The notes below the pieces were generated by a model. That model did not search any database. It saw only the letters and a program-made list of their open reading frames with translations, and was not told the DNA's origin. From Pseudobdellovibrionaceae bacterium (lineage in GTDB: Bacteria > Bdellovibrionota > Bdellovibrionia > Bdellovibrionales > Bdellovibrionaceae): a stretch of 21,250 nucleotides of DNA. How positions within the stretch are numbered: the first letter of the stretch is position 1; every line of letters begins with the position of its first letter. A program made the translations under genes and the position numbers. The DNA lies in the NCBI GenBank assembly GCA_041288045.1, contig JBGGMM010000099.1, forward strand, positions 1-21,250, in the 5' to 3' direction. This document shows, one piece after another, positions 7,593 to 15,905 of this stretch.

Positions 7593-9706
7593 TTTGCCTC
7601 CTCTGATGTTTTCTGTCCAAGTGCTTGCAAGTAAGCGATGAGTGCCGTGATTTCTTTTCTTTCAAGGCCCTTAGGTGCTCCTTGGGATTCTAACCCTTGA
7701 GCGATTTCAAGCGCTTGTTTTTCGGCCATGACGTCGGCGTTGACGACTTCTTCATCGGTGTAAGGAACACCCAAATTTTTCATGACGGAAAGTTTTTTTC
7801 TTAAAATCAGATAGTCCACTTTGTTTTCCGCAAGCCAGGGATAATTGGGCATGATAGATCCTGGCGTGATCGATCTTGGGTCCATCATGTGTTGAAAATG
7901 CCAAAGATCTGGATATTTTTTGCCAACCCGTGCGAGATCTGGACCCGTTCTTTTCGAGCCCCACTGAAACGGGCGATCGTACATCGACTCTTCAATGGTG
8001 GATGGCTTTCCATATCTTAAGACCTCTGAAGAGATGGGCCGGATCTGCTGCGAGTGACAGACATAGCAGCCTTCCTTGACGTAAATATCTCGACCAGCCA
8101 ATTCCAAAGCGCTGTAGGGCTTGGTGCTGATTTTTTCTGGCAAGTATCGATGCAGTGAAAGCGTGGGATAAATTTCGATGATGGATCCAACCAGAATTGC
8201 AATCAAAGTGAGAGTGGTAAAAAGAGCCCATCTCCCTTCGAGTTTGCGGTGCATGGTTTCTTCTTTGCCCGAAGAATGCTGTGTTGAAGAAACCTTCATC
8301 GCTACAGCCGGCTCAGCTTTGGGAGCCAGCTTAATGGTTTTATAGATATTGTAAATCATCAGAATGAAACCGGCGATAAACAGAGCTCCACCCAGAGCTC
8401 GGCCCCAATACAGAGGAACAATTTTTGTGACTGTTTCGATAAAATCCGGATACATCAATCGCCCTTGTGAATCGATCGCTCTCCACATCAATCCCTGTGT
8501 GAGCCCTGCTACCATCAAAGAAATGTAATAGAGAAGGATTCCCAAAAAGCCGGTCCAAAAATGGGCAGTGGCCAATTTGACGCTGTAGAGTTTGGTGTTC
8601 CAAAGTTTGGGAACCAGATAATAAATCATCGCGAAAGAGAGAAACCCATTCCAACCCAAAGCTCCACCGTGCACATGCGCCACAATCCAATCCGTGTAAT
8701 GTGCCAGGCTGCTGACGGATTTGATCGAAAGTAGAGGTCCTTCAAAAGTTGCCATTCCATAAAAAGTGATGGCAGTGACCATGAATTTGATGATGGGATC
8801 GGTTCGCAAAAGATGCCAAGCTCCACGCAAAGTCAAAAGTCCGTTGATCATCCCACCCCAGCTGGGTGCCCAGAGCATCAAACTGAAAATCATCCCCAGA
8901 GTTTGCGCCCACTCAGGCAATGAAGTGTAAAGAAGGTGATGGGGACCTGCCCAAATGTAAATGAAAACCAAGGACCAAAAGTGAATGATCGAGAGTCGAT
9001 AAGAGTAAATGGGTCGATGGGCCGCTTTGGGAAGGTAATAATACATCAAACCCAAAAACGGAGTGGTCAGAAAAAAAGCCACAGCATTGTGACCATACCA
9101 CCACTGCACAAGTGCATCCTGAATGCCGCTATAAACGGGGTAGCTGTTCATCCAGCTGACTGGGATTTCAACCGAATTGACAATATGAAGGACAGCCACC
9201 GTGATAATGGTCGCAATGTAAAACCAAAGCGCCACGTAGAGATGTTTTTCTCGTCGGCGCGCAATGGTGCCAAAAAAATTAACCGCAAAGATCACCCAAA
9301 TGAAAGTGATTGCCAAATCTATGGGCCATTCGAGCTCGGCGTATTCTTTAGCTTGACTGTATCCCAATGGCAGAGAGATCGCCGCGGCCACAATGATCAA
9401 CTGCCATCCCCAGAAGTGAATACGGCTGAGAGTGTCCGAAAACATCCGCGCTTTCAGAAGCCTTTGCGAAGAGTGATAGATACCGGCAAAAATGGCGTTG
9501 CCAGCAAAGGCAAAAATAGCCGCATTGGTATGAAGGGGTCTCAACCGGCCAAAGGTGAGCCAGGGCAAATCCAAATTCGTCGGCCAGTAGGCCAATTGCA
9601 GAGCGGCTACCAGCCCCACAAGAAAGGCGACAAGTCCGAAAACCATGGTGGCCAGAAGAAATTTTTTAACAATGTCGTCGTCGTAGCGAAATTCGGTCTG
9701 ATTCAT
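7589..9706 (-). CDS. ccoN: Fused cbb3-type cytochrome c oxidase subunits I/II (CcoN-CcoO)
   Basis: CcoN motifs GRLRPLHTN, WWYGHNAV, WAGPHHL and AHVHGGALGW, followed in frame by CcoO motifs GRDIYVKEGCYVCHSQ, WGSKRTGPDL and SIMP. Confidence 0.98.
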   Translation of the reverse strand: MNQTEFRYDDDIVKKFLLATMVFGLVAFLVGLVAALQLAYWPTNLDLPWLTFGRLRPLHTNAAIFAFAGNAIFAGIYHSSQRLLKARMFSDTLSRIHFWGWQLIIVAAAISLPLGYSQAKEYAELEWPIDLAITFIWVIFAVNFFGTIARRREKHLYVALWFYIATIITVAVLHIVNSVEIPVSWMNSYPVYSGIQDALVQWWYGHNAVAFFLTTPFLGLMYYYLPKAAHRPIYSYRLSIIHFWSLVFIYIWAGPHHLLYTSLPEWAQTLGMIFSLMLWAPSWGGMINGLLTLRGAWHLLRTDPIIKFMVTAITFYGMATFEGPLLSIKSVSSLAHYTDWIVAHVHGGALGWNGFLSFAMIYYLVPKLWNTKLYSVKLATAHFWTGFLGILLYYISLMVAGLTQGLMWRAIDSQGRLMYPDFIETVTKIVPLYWGRALGGALFIAGFILMIYNIYKTIKLAPKAEPAVAMKVSSTQHSSGKEETMHRKLEGRWALFTTLTLIAILVGSIIEIYPTLSLHRYLPEKISTKPYSALELAGRDIYVKEGCYVCHSQQIRPISSEVLRYGKPSTIEESMYDRPFQWGSKRTGPDLARVGKKYPDLWHFQHMMDPRSITPGSIMPNYPWLAENKVDYLILRKKLSVMKNLGVPYTDEEVVNADVMAEKQALEIAQGLESQGAPKGLERKEITALIAYLQALGQKTSEEAK

Positions 9707-9861
9707 GATTGCTGATCTCCTTGACCTTCATCAATTAAAATTCGATGTGCTGGTGTTGTCGTGTCGTCAAATTGCCCCTGAGATGTGGCCCAGAGAAAGG
9801 CAGCGAGAAATCCGCCACCTAATAAAAGAGCCATGGGAATCATCATCCAGAGAATGTTCAT
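9703..9861 (-). CDS. ccoS: cbb3 oxidase maturation protein CcoS/FixS (52 aa)
   Basis: MNILWMMIPMALLLGGGFLAAFLWATSQGQFDD...PAHRIL matches the FixS pattern. ATG 9861 overlaps the ccoI stop (ATGA). Confidence 0.95.
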   Translation of the reverse strand: MNILWMMIPMALLLGGGFLAAFLWATSQGQFDDTTTPAHRILIDEGQGDQQS

Positions 9862-12008
9862 TTGCGAACTCCCCACCAAGTCGATGCCAAAATAAAAAGT
9901 GAACTGGCTGGCATTAAAAGAGCTGCCACAAAAGGATTCACCCATCCCAGAAGCGCACAAGTTCCACCAATCAGGTTGTAAACGAGGGCTGAGGTTAAGT
10001 TGGCTCGAATTTGCCTTCGAGCTTTGGCAGCGAATTTCATCAGCTCCGTTAAAGAGGAAAGCCCTTCATTGAGAAAAAGAACATCGGCAGACTGAAGGGC
10101 CACGTCGACACCGCCGCTGACAGCAATTCCCACTTGCGCGGCTTGCAGAGCGAGAGCATCGTTGACTCCGTCGCCGACCATTAAAGAGTGAGGAGTTGAT
10201 TTCACCAGCTCTGCCTTTTCTTGAGGAGTTAAATTTCCAATGGCATCACGAATTGGAAGGCCCAACTGCTGCGCCATTTTTTCGCTTTCAATTTGTGTGT
10301 CGCCCGAGAGCAGCTTGATTCGAAAACCCATATTCAGAAATTTCTGCACTGACTCTTTGGCACCTGTTTGCAAAACTGGCAAAAGTTGAAATTTCCAGAC
10401 TAAATTCCCCTCAAGATAAAGTCCGAACCATTTTTGTGAATTCTCTTGGAAGGATTGAAAAGACCAAAGGACCCCATTGATCCTTCCGCTCACTCCCCGC
10501 CCAGCTTCTTCCCTCAATTCAGAAAGCTTCCAATCTGAAGGGATTGAAGTTGCATGCCAAATCTCACGAAGGGCAAAGGCGATGGGGTGCTGAGATATGG
10601 ATTCGAGCAGCAGAATCACCTGGGGGTGAGAAGCCGGAACTTCGGCGAGGTTCGAGTTTTGCACATTCCAAAAGCGCTCCGTCAGAGTGCCAGTTTTATC
10701 CAGGAAAAGAGTTTGAATGCTCTTCAGTTTTTCAAAGGTGACTGCTGATTTCACAAGAATTCCGCTTTCCTGAGCTCGCTTCATGGAAAAGGAAAAGGCC
10801 AAGGGAGTTCCAAAGGCCATGGCGCAGGGACAAGCCAGGATAATCAGAGCCAAAGCTTTTTCGAACTGAGCTTCAAAATTTGAAAAAGCCCCGGATATCA
10901 GAACTCCGAGGGCTAAAATCAGCACTGACCCCAGCAGAATTTTTGAAGCTTTGTCTGAAAGCTTTGACGAATCCGATTCATCAAAGTTTTCTCGTTTCAG
11001 AGTGGAAAGCAAATGACTGAGAAACGTCTGGCTTCCAGCTCTTTTGACCTCCAGTGAGATTGCAGACGAAAGCAGTCTTGTGCCGGCCTTGATCGGAAAG
11101 CCTTGTTGAACTCGTCTTGGCAAAGGTTCTCCGTTGAGCACTGAAAGATCGATCACAGCTTCGGAGCTGAGCAAAATGCCATCAGCAGGCACCCACTCGT
11201 TGGTAGCTACTAAAATCTGATCATTCACTCTGAGGCTCTCCGTCCGAACCCAAGTTTCTCCAGCTCGAGTCAACAATCGCGCTTTGAAAGTTTGTGTCAA
11301 CGAAGAGGGCTTTAAAAATTTCAAATATTCAAATCGGGTTCTCTTTTGTAGGTAGCGAGTGGCCAAAATCAAAAAAAGAAATCCACTGAGGGAATCAAAG
11401 TAAACAGATCCCTGTCCACGAATCAGATTCCAGGAACTGGTTAAAAAACCAAAGCCCGAGGCGATCGCCATGGGTCCATCAATGGAAATGAACTGACTTC
11501 GCAGTCCGCGAATAAAGCCCTGATAAAATGGAAAAGCGACATAGGTCACCACCGGCAAATAGAGAACAAACTGCAACCACTCAAATTGACTTTTCATGGT
11601 TCCCACGAGGCCAAAATAAGTGGCAAATGCCAGCATCATGATATTGCCAGCACAAAATGCTGCAATTCCAAGCCGCGACAGGTCCTTGCGAGATTCGAAT
11701 TTCCACTGTTCGGTAACATCTTCTCCAGGGAAAATGGGGATCGGTCGATAGCCAAGATTTGAAATGGCCTGAGCAATCCCACCAAAAGACCCCTTTTCAG
11801 AAGTCAGTTCAACCCACGCTGTGGAGTTGTCCAAATCGACTTCTAAGGTCTCAATTTCAGGATTTTGCCTTCGCAGGCCTTCGACTTTAGAAATGCATTT
11901 TGCACAGCGGATGCCTTCAATGAAGAATTTCATTCGTCGAGGATTCTGAGGCTCACGATAAAGCAAGCGGAACTGGCTCTGGTCGAGGTAGCTAAATGTG
12001 CTTTCCAT
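9858..12008 (-). CDS. ccoI: P1B-type Cu(I)-translocating ATPase CcoI/FixI
   Basis: HMA domain GIRCAKC; CPC; DKTGT; HP; SGD; GDGVND; transmembrane YN and MxxSS Cu(I) signatures; first gene of the cco operon. Confidence 0.93.
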   Translation of the reverse strand: MESTFSYLDQSQFRLLYREPQNPRRMKFFIEGIRCAKCISKVEGLRRQNPEIETLEVDLDNSTAWVELTSEKGSFGGIAQAISNLGYRPIPIFPGEDVTEQWKFESRKDLSRLGIAAFCAGNIMMLAFATYFGLVGTMKSQFEWLQFVLYLPVVTYVAFPFYQGFIRGLRSQFISIDGPMAIASGFGFLTSSWNLIRGQGSVYFDSLSGFLFLILATRYLQKRTRFEYLKFLKPSSLTQTFKARLLTRAGETWVRTESLRVNDQILVATNEWVPADGILLSSEAVIDLSVLNGEPLPRRVQQGFPIKAGTRLLSSAISLEVKRAGSQTFLSHLLSTLKRENFDESDSSKLSDKASKILLGSVLILALGVLISGAFSNFEAQFEKALALIILACPCAMAFGTPLAFSFSMKRAQESGILVKSAVTFEKLKSIQTLFLDKTGTLTERFWNVQNSNLAEVPASHPQVILLLESISQHPIAFALREIWHATSIPSDWKLSELREEAGRGVSGRINGVLWSFQSFQENSQKWFGLYLEGNLVWKFQLLPVLQTGAKESVQKFLNMGFRIKLLSGDTQIESEKMAQQLGLPIRDAIGNLTPQEKAELVKSTPHSLMVGDGVNDALALQAAQVGIAVSGGVDVALQSADVLFLNEGLSSLTELMKFAAKARRQIRANLTSALVYNLIGGTCALLGWVNPFVAALLMPASSLFILASTWWGVRK

Positions 12009-12024
12009 GATAACTAGGTTTGGC

Positions 12025-12040
12025 TGCAGGGTTTATGCAG
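12025..12040 (-). promoter_or_regulatory. Degenerate sigma54-like -24/-12 element upstream of ccoI
   Basis: Minus strand reads CTGCATAAACCCTGCA (TG-N10-GC rather than GG-N10-GC). It sits 37 bp from the tandem motif, against 40 bp at the 1824-1839 promoter. Confidence 0.4.
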
Positions 12041-12076
12041 ACCTGAAATCAAAAGAATGGGATTTGGCTAAGAATT

Positions 12077-12126
12077 TGAGCCAGAATGTCTCAAGTTGCA
12101 GTGAACTCCAATGACAGATTGTCTCA
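12077..12126. promoter_or_regulatory. Tandem 17-bp pseudo-palindromic binding sites upstream of the cco operon
   Basis: TGAGCCA-GAA-TGTCTCA (12077-12093) and AATGACA-GAT-TGTCTCA (12110-12126), 33 bp apart. Confidence 0.75.
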
Positions 12127-12132
12127 GTCCTA

Positions 12133-13599
12133 TCAAAGCTCTGCCGCCGGCAAGTGATCTGACAGAGAAAGCGAATTCGGAACCAGTGCTTTGAGCTTCA
12201 CTAAAAAACTTGTTCCTACATTTTGGGTGGACTGAACAAGGATTTCGCCACTTTCATGGGCATTAATGATTTTTTTGGCAGCGGAAAGACCCAAACCAAT
12301 TCCGGGAATGGAATCTTTTGAGACACTGGAGCGTTTGAAAGGCTCAAAAATCGATTCGATTTCATTCTCTGGAATTCCAATTCCAGGGTCAGAAATCTCA
12401 ATGAAAACGTTTTGCTCTGTTTTTTGGACTTGGACTTTAACAGCTCCCCCCTGGGGCGAATACTTGATCGCATTGTTCAATAAATTATTGAAGACCTGAG
12501 TGAGGCGCTGACTGTCGCACATCACGAGAGCCGGCTCTTTCGGGACCACAATTTCGACTTTGTGAATCGGCGACAAATGAGAATGAAGAAGGGCCGAATC
12601 TTGAACCAAAGTGCGAATGTCACAAGCTTTCAAATGCAAATCCAAATGACCGGATTCAATCCGAGCTGTGTCCATGAGATCATCAATCAGGCGAAATAAA
12701 TGATCCGTCTGACGTTTGATGATGGAAACTGTTTGCATGCCATCTTTGGAAAGATTGAGGTCCTCTGAAATCAAATCCGTGGACATTTTGATTGCTCCCA
12801 GAGGATTTTTCAGATCATGGGCAATGGAAGATATAAAGGTTAGCTGAGTTTCTTTCTGTTTCGACAGCTTCGCCGACAATTTCACAAAACTAGATGAGAT
12901 GGATTGAATCTCGGAAACTCCGCCAAAGGAACTGGCCTCGACAGCTTGGCCCAGCTCAAACTTTTCAATTGCTTTTTTTAAACTGAGGATCGGCTTGTAA
13001 AGAAATCTTCGAAGCCCAAAAAACAGGACCATCAGAACAGACACCAGAATCGCAAAGGAAAGAGCGACCAAAGCATAATTGAATCTGTTTTGCAGAGCCG
13101 CCGCCGTCTGGAGCTTGCTCGCTTCTTCAAGATTGAATTGCACCAACTCTTGAATGGCCTCTTGAGCTTGATAATACGACTGAGAGACGGATTCGTAAAG
13201 GCGCTCCCCTTGCAAACCCCTGTTCTGCAGATATTCATAATTTTCTAAATAAGCAGTCACGCTCGATTGAACGTTTTTGTCATATTCGCCCTCTTTCAAA
13301 CTTGTCGCAAATTCTGAGAGGCGAGCCGAATTTTGCAAGAGGTTGTCTTTAGCTCGCATGGTCTGTATTTGCCGCTGATCAGGGCTGAAGATATTTTTCA
13401 GTAAAGCCTGTCGCCGATGATTGGAAAGATTTCTTTGAATGACTTGGGTGAAGGTGGCACTTTCGACAGCTTCGGTCAGGCGGTCAATGGTGGCCGCTGA
13501 TTCACGCGTTGAATACCAAAGCGTCGCAGCCGTCAAACAGCTACAAGCAAAGATAGCAAGAAGAGCTAAAGTCAAAGAGCGACGAAGAGATATTTGCAT
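12133..13599 (-). CDS. Membrane sensor histidine kinase (periplasmic helical sensor, HAMP-like linker, HisKA, HATPase)
   Basis: Two transmembrane helices flanking a helical domain; H-box AHDLKNPL; NLLNNAIKYS; DPGIG; GIGLGLS. Confidence 0.93.
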   Translation of the reverse strand: MQISLRRSLTLALLAIFACSCLTAATLWYSTRESAATIDRLTEAVESATFTQVIQRNLSNHRRQALLKNIFSPDQRQIQTMRAKDNLLQNSARLSEFATSLKEGEYDKNVQSSVTAYLENYEYLQNRGLQGERLYESVSQSYYQAQEAIQELVQFNLEEASKLQTAAALQNRFNYALVALSFAILVSVLMVLFFGLRRFLYKPILSLKKAIEKFELGQAVEASSFGGVSEIQSISSSFVKLSAKLSKQKETQLTFISSIAHDLKNPLGAIKMSTDLISEDLNLSKDGMQTVSIIKRQTDHLFRLIDDLMDTARIESGHLDLHLKACDIRTLVQDSALLHSHLSPIHKVEIVVPKEPALVMCDSQRLTQVFNNLLNNAIKYSPQGGAVKVQVQKTEQNVFIEISDPGIGIPENEIESIFEPFKRSSVSKDSIPGIGLGLSAAKKIINAHESGEILVQSTQNVGTSFLVKLKALVPNSLSLSDHLPAAEL

Positions 13600-13665
13600 A
13601 CTCGAAATCGAAAACTTCCCTTTTGAGTCAACCTACGCCTTTGAATGGAACAGTCAATTTTCTTA

Positions 13666-13691
13666 GTCATTTGTGCAATTGCACAAATGAC
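13666..13691. repeat. Perfect 26-bp palindrome (operator or terminator-like hairpin)
   Basis: GTCATTTGTGCAATTGCACAAATGAC equals its own reverse complement. Intergenic, between the glutaminase stop and the kinase start. Confidence 0.85.
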
Positions 13692-13715
13692 ATGAAGCGA
13701 ACACATCGCAAAGTT

Positions 13716-14765
13716 CTATTTCACCCGGGGATTGATATCATACGGATTTCCATTGAGAGCATCTGAGATATAGGCGATGGCTTTTTGAGCCCGAACACTA
13801 TTCCCAGCGGCATCTAGCGGTGGCGAGAATGCAGCCACCCCGAATTTTCCTGGAGACACAGCCATAATTCCGCCGCCAACTCCGCTTTTCGCTGGAAGCC
13901 CAGTTTTCGCAAGCCATTTTCCCGAATCGTCATAAAGTCCTGCTGTCGACATCACAGCCAAAATGCCTTCGACATTTTTTTGTTCGACCACTTTTTTTCC
14001 AGTCACTGGATTGACCCCACCGTTGGCGAGTGTTGATGCCATGACCGAGAGATCTTTGGCAGTGACGTTGATGGAGCACTGCCTGGTGTAGAGGTCTGTG
14101 GCCACTTTAGGATCGCTCTTGATGCGACCATAAGCGTGCATGAGCATGCCGATGGCTTGGTTTCTTTGGTTGGTGTCGGATTCCGAGCGGTAGACCTCTT
14201 GATTGACTTCCAAATCCCGTCCGGCGAAAGCCTCGTGCATGTTGATGATTTTGTTCCAGACATCATCGGGATTCTTGCCTTGGACCATCGAAGTGGTGGT
14301 GATGGCGCCGGGGTTGACGAGAGGATTCATCTCTTGGCCTTTGTACTGCTCAATGGCGGTGATCGAGTTGAAAGCTTGGCCAGTGGCATCCACCCCGATG
14401 TTTTTTTCTACCGACTGCTCGCCGCTTTCCTGCATCACTTCAGCTAGAGTGATGACTTTCGAAATGGATTGAATCGAAAAGGGCTGTTGCACATCCCCGA
14501 CGGTGTGGACTTTTCCGTCCGTGGTGACCAGCGCAATACCGAAATAGGTCGAAGGAACTTTGGCCAATGCCGGGATGTAATCCGCATTTTTTCCTTCTTT
14601 TTCACTTTTAAATTTATTGTAGGCCTCTTTCAACACTTGGTCGATTTTTTCTGGCGATGGCAGAGTGTTGTCTTGCGGAGCTTTCGCGGCTGGCGCTTGC
14701 CCCCAAGCGAGAGAGGAACTCAGCATCAGAAGCGAGAGCTTGAGTGAAAATGATTTTTTGGACAT
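13716..14765 (-). CDS. glsA: Glutaminase A with an N-terminal signal peptide
   Basis: GKNADYIPALA, FSIQSISK (SxxK), NPLVNPGAI, GLYDDSG and PAKSGVGGG. AAGGAG RBS before ATG 14765. Signal peptide ending AWG-Q. Confidence 0.95.
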   Translation of the reverse strand: MSKKSFSLKLSLLMLSSSLAWGQAPAAKAPQDNTLPSPEKIDQVLKEAYNKFKSEKEGKNADYIPALAKVPSTYFGIALVTTDGKVHTVGDVQQPFSIQSISKVITLAEVMQESGEQSVEKNIGVDATGQAFNSITAIEQYKGQEMNPLVNPGAITTTSMVQGKNPDDVWNKIINMHEAFAGRDLEVNQEVYRSESDTNQRNQAIGMLMHAYGRIKSDPKVATDLYTRQCSINVTAKDLSVMASTLANGGVNPVTGKKVVEQKNVEGILAVMSTAGLYDDSGKWLAKTGLPAKSGVGGGIMAVSPGKFGVAAFSPPLDAAGNSVRAQKAIAYISDALNGNPYDINPRVK

Positions 14766-14788
14766 AGGTGACTCCTTTTGTGTTTGGC

Positions 14789-15892
14789 TCAATTTCTGGC
14801 CTGAGAAATGCGAGTCTCTTTGTTTTCGAGGACATTCGCTTTTTCCCAAGCTCGAACTTTTTTTCTGGCTTCATCAAACAGTCGAACATAGTTGCCAGTT
14901 CGCACTTTTTCACTGGCACTTTCATTCAAAGCGCTCCACAGAGGTTTGTAAGCTTCATAAACAGACAGGTACTGGGTCGAATCTTTGGGTGCGACTTCAT
15001 CGGTGCCAAACAAAAATCGATCCGGGTGGCGATGAATGAGTTCTGCCATCAGTTTGGTGGCGCGAGGATCGGTGATGATGTATTTGGCTGTCTCCATCCA
15101 GGAAATATCAAAATAGATATGCTTGAAGCGTGGATCTTTGAGCAGACTTTCAATTGCGGCCAAATGCTTGTGAATGGGACGGACAATCCGGCCCACACCC
15201 ATATGTGCCCAGATGATTTTTGTTTCCGGATGGCGAATTAAAAGATTTCGCATTTGCGCAAGGTAGGTGGGCTCATCCCCTTTTTTAGGGAAAGGAGTGT
15301 CGATGTCATTATGAAGAATCACCAGAAGCCCGACTTGGCCTGCAAAATCCAAAATTCGATCGACTGCGGGATCTTTGAGACTCGCCACCTCCCCTGCCAC
15401 TTTCGAAGAGACGAATTCTTTGTGAATGCTAAATTCACCGATGCCTGTGAAAACTCCAGGAAAGGTTTCAAGCACTCGGCGAATGTGATCAGCCGCATAC
15501 ATGTCCGTTGGATTAAAGCCTGTGATCATGGGATCCAAGCGCTCTTGCTGGGATTTGGTCAGAGATTTGTAGGCCATGGCAATGGCGGCGTCAGTGAAAG
15601 AGTAATAATAAAGAGGCGCATCGGTTTGCAGATAGTAGGTTGGAGGATTGCTGGCGTCCGAAACCCGGTGGGACCATTGCTGTTGCAGGGGAATTCCAAA
15701 AAGTGTGGATCTGCCCACTTGCTCGCCCATCAGCTGCAACAATCTTTGCGCTGTGATCCCCTCTTGCACATAATTGGTGAGATGAAAATGGCTGTCATTG
15801 AAAAGAATTGCCTTTGCCCCCAAGGCACTGTGAGAAAAAATCACCAAGCTGACAAGAGCTGTGAGGATGAAAATCGGTTTCGGTTTGCGCAT
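14789..15892 (-). CDS. Exported metal-dependent amidohydrolase (TIM-barrel superfamily)
   Basis: DSHFH (HxH), GIGE, ILHND, IWAHMG and FLFGTD motifs. AAGGAG RBS before ATG 15892. Signal peptide. Confidence 0.9.
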   Translation of the reverse strand: MRKPKPIFILTALVSLVIFSHSALGAKAILFNDSHFHLTNYVQEGITAQRLLQLMGEQVGRSTLFGIPLQQQWSHRVSDASNPPTYYLQTDAPLYYYSFTDAAIAMAYKSLTKSQQERLDPMITGFNPTDMYAADHIRRVLETFPGVFTGIGEFSIHKEFVSSKVAGEVASLKDPAVDRILDFAGQVGLLVILHNDIDTPFPKKGDEPTYLAQMRNLLIRHPETKIIWAHMGVGRIVRPIHKHLAAIESLLKDPRFKHIYFDISWMETAKYIITDPRATKLMAELIHRHPDRFLFGTDEVAPKDSTQYLSVYEAYKPLWSALNESASEKVRTGNYVRLFDEARKKVRAWEKANVLENKETRISQARN

Positions 15893-15905
15893 GCACAAAC
15901 TCCTT

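Noticed and set aside
7441..7665. 74-aa minus-strand ORF in the ccoNO-ccoP gap
   Set aside because: Wrong frame; the hydrophobic, RBS-bearing, overlap-coupled ORF is 7425-7592.
8936..9715. 259-aa plus-strand ORF
   Set aside because: Antisense shadow of ccoN with no recognisable motifs.
12009..12132. FNR/FixK box upstream of the cco operon
   Set aside because: Only one ATCAA half-site (12048-12052); no TTGAT-N4-ATCAA.
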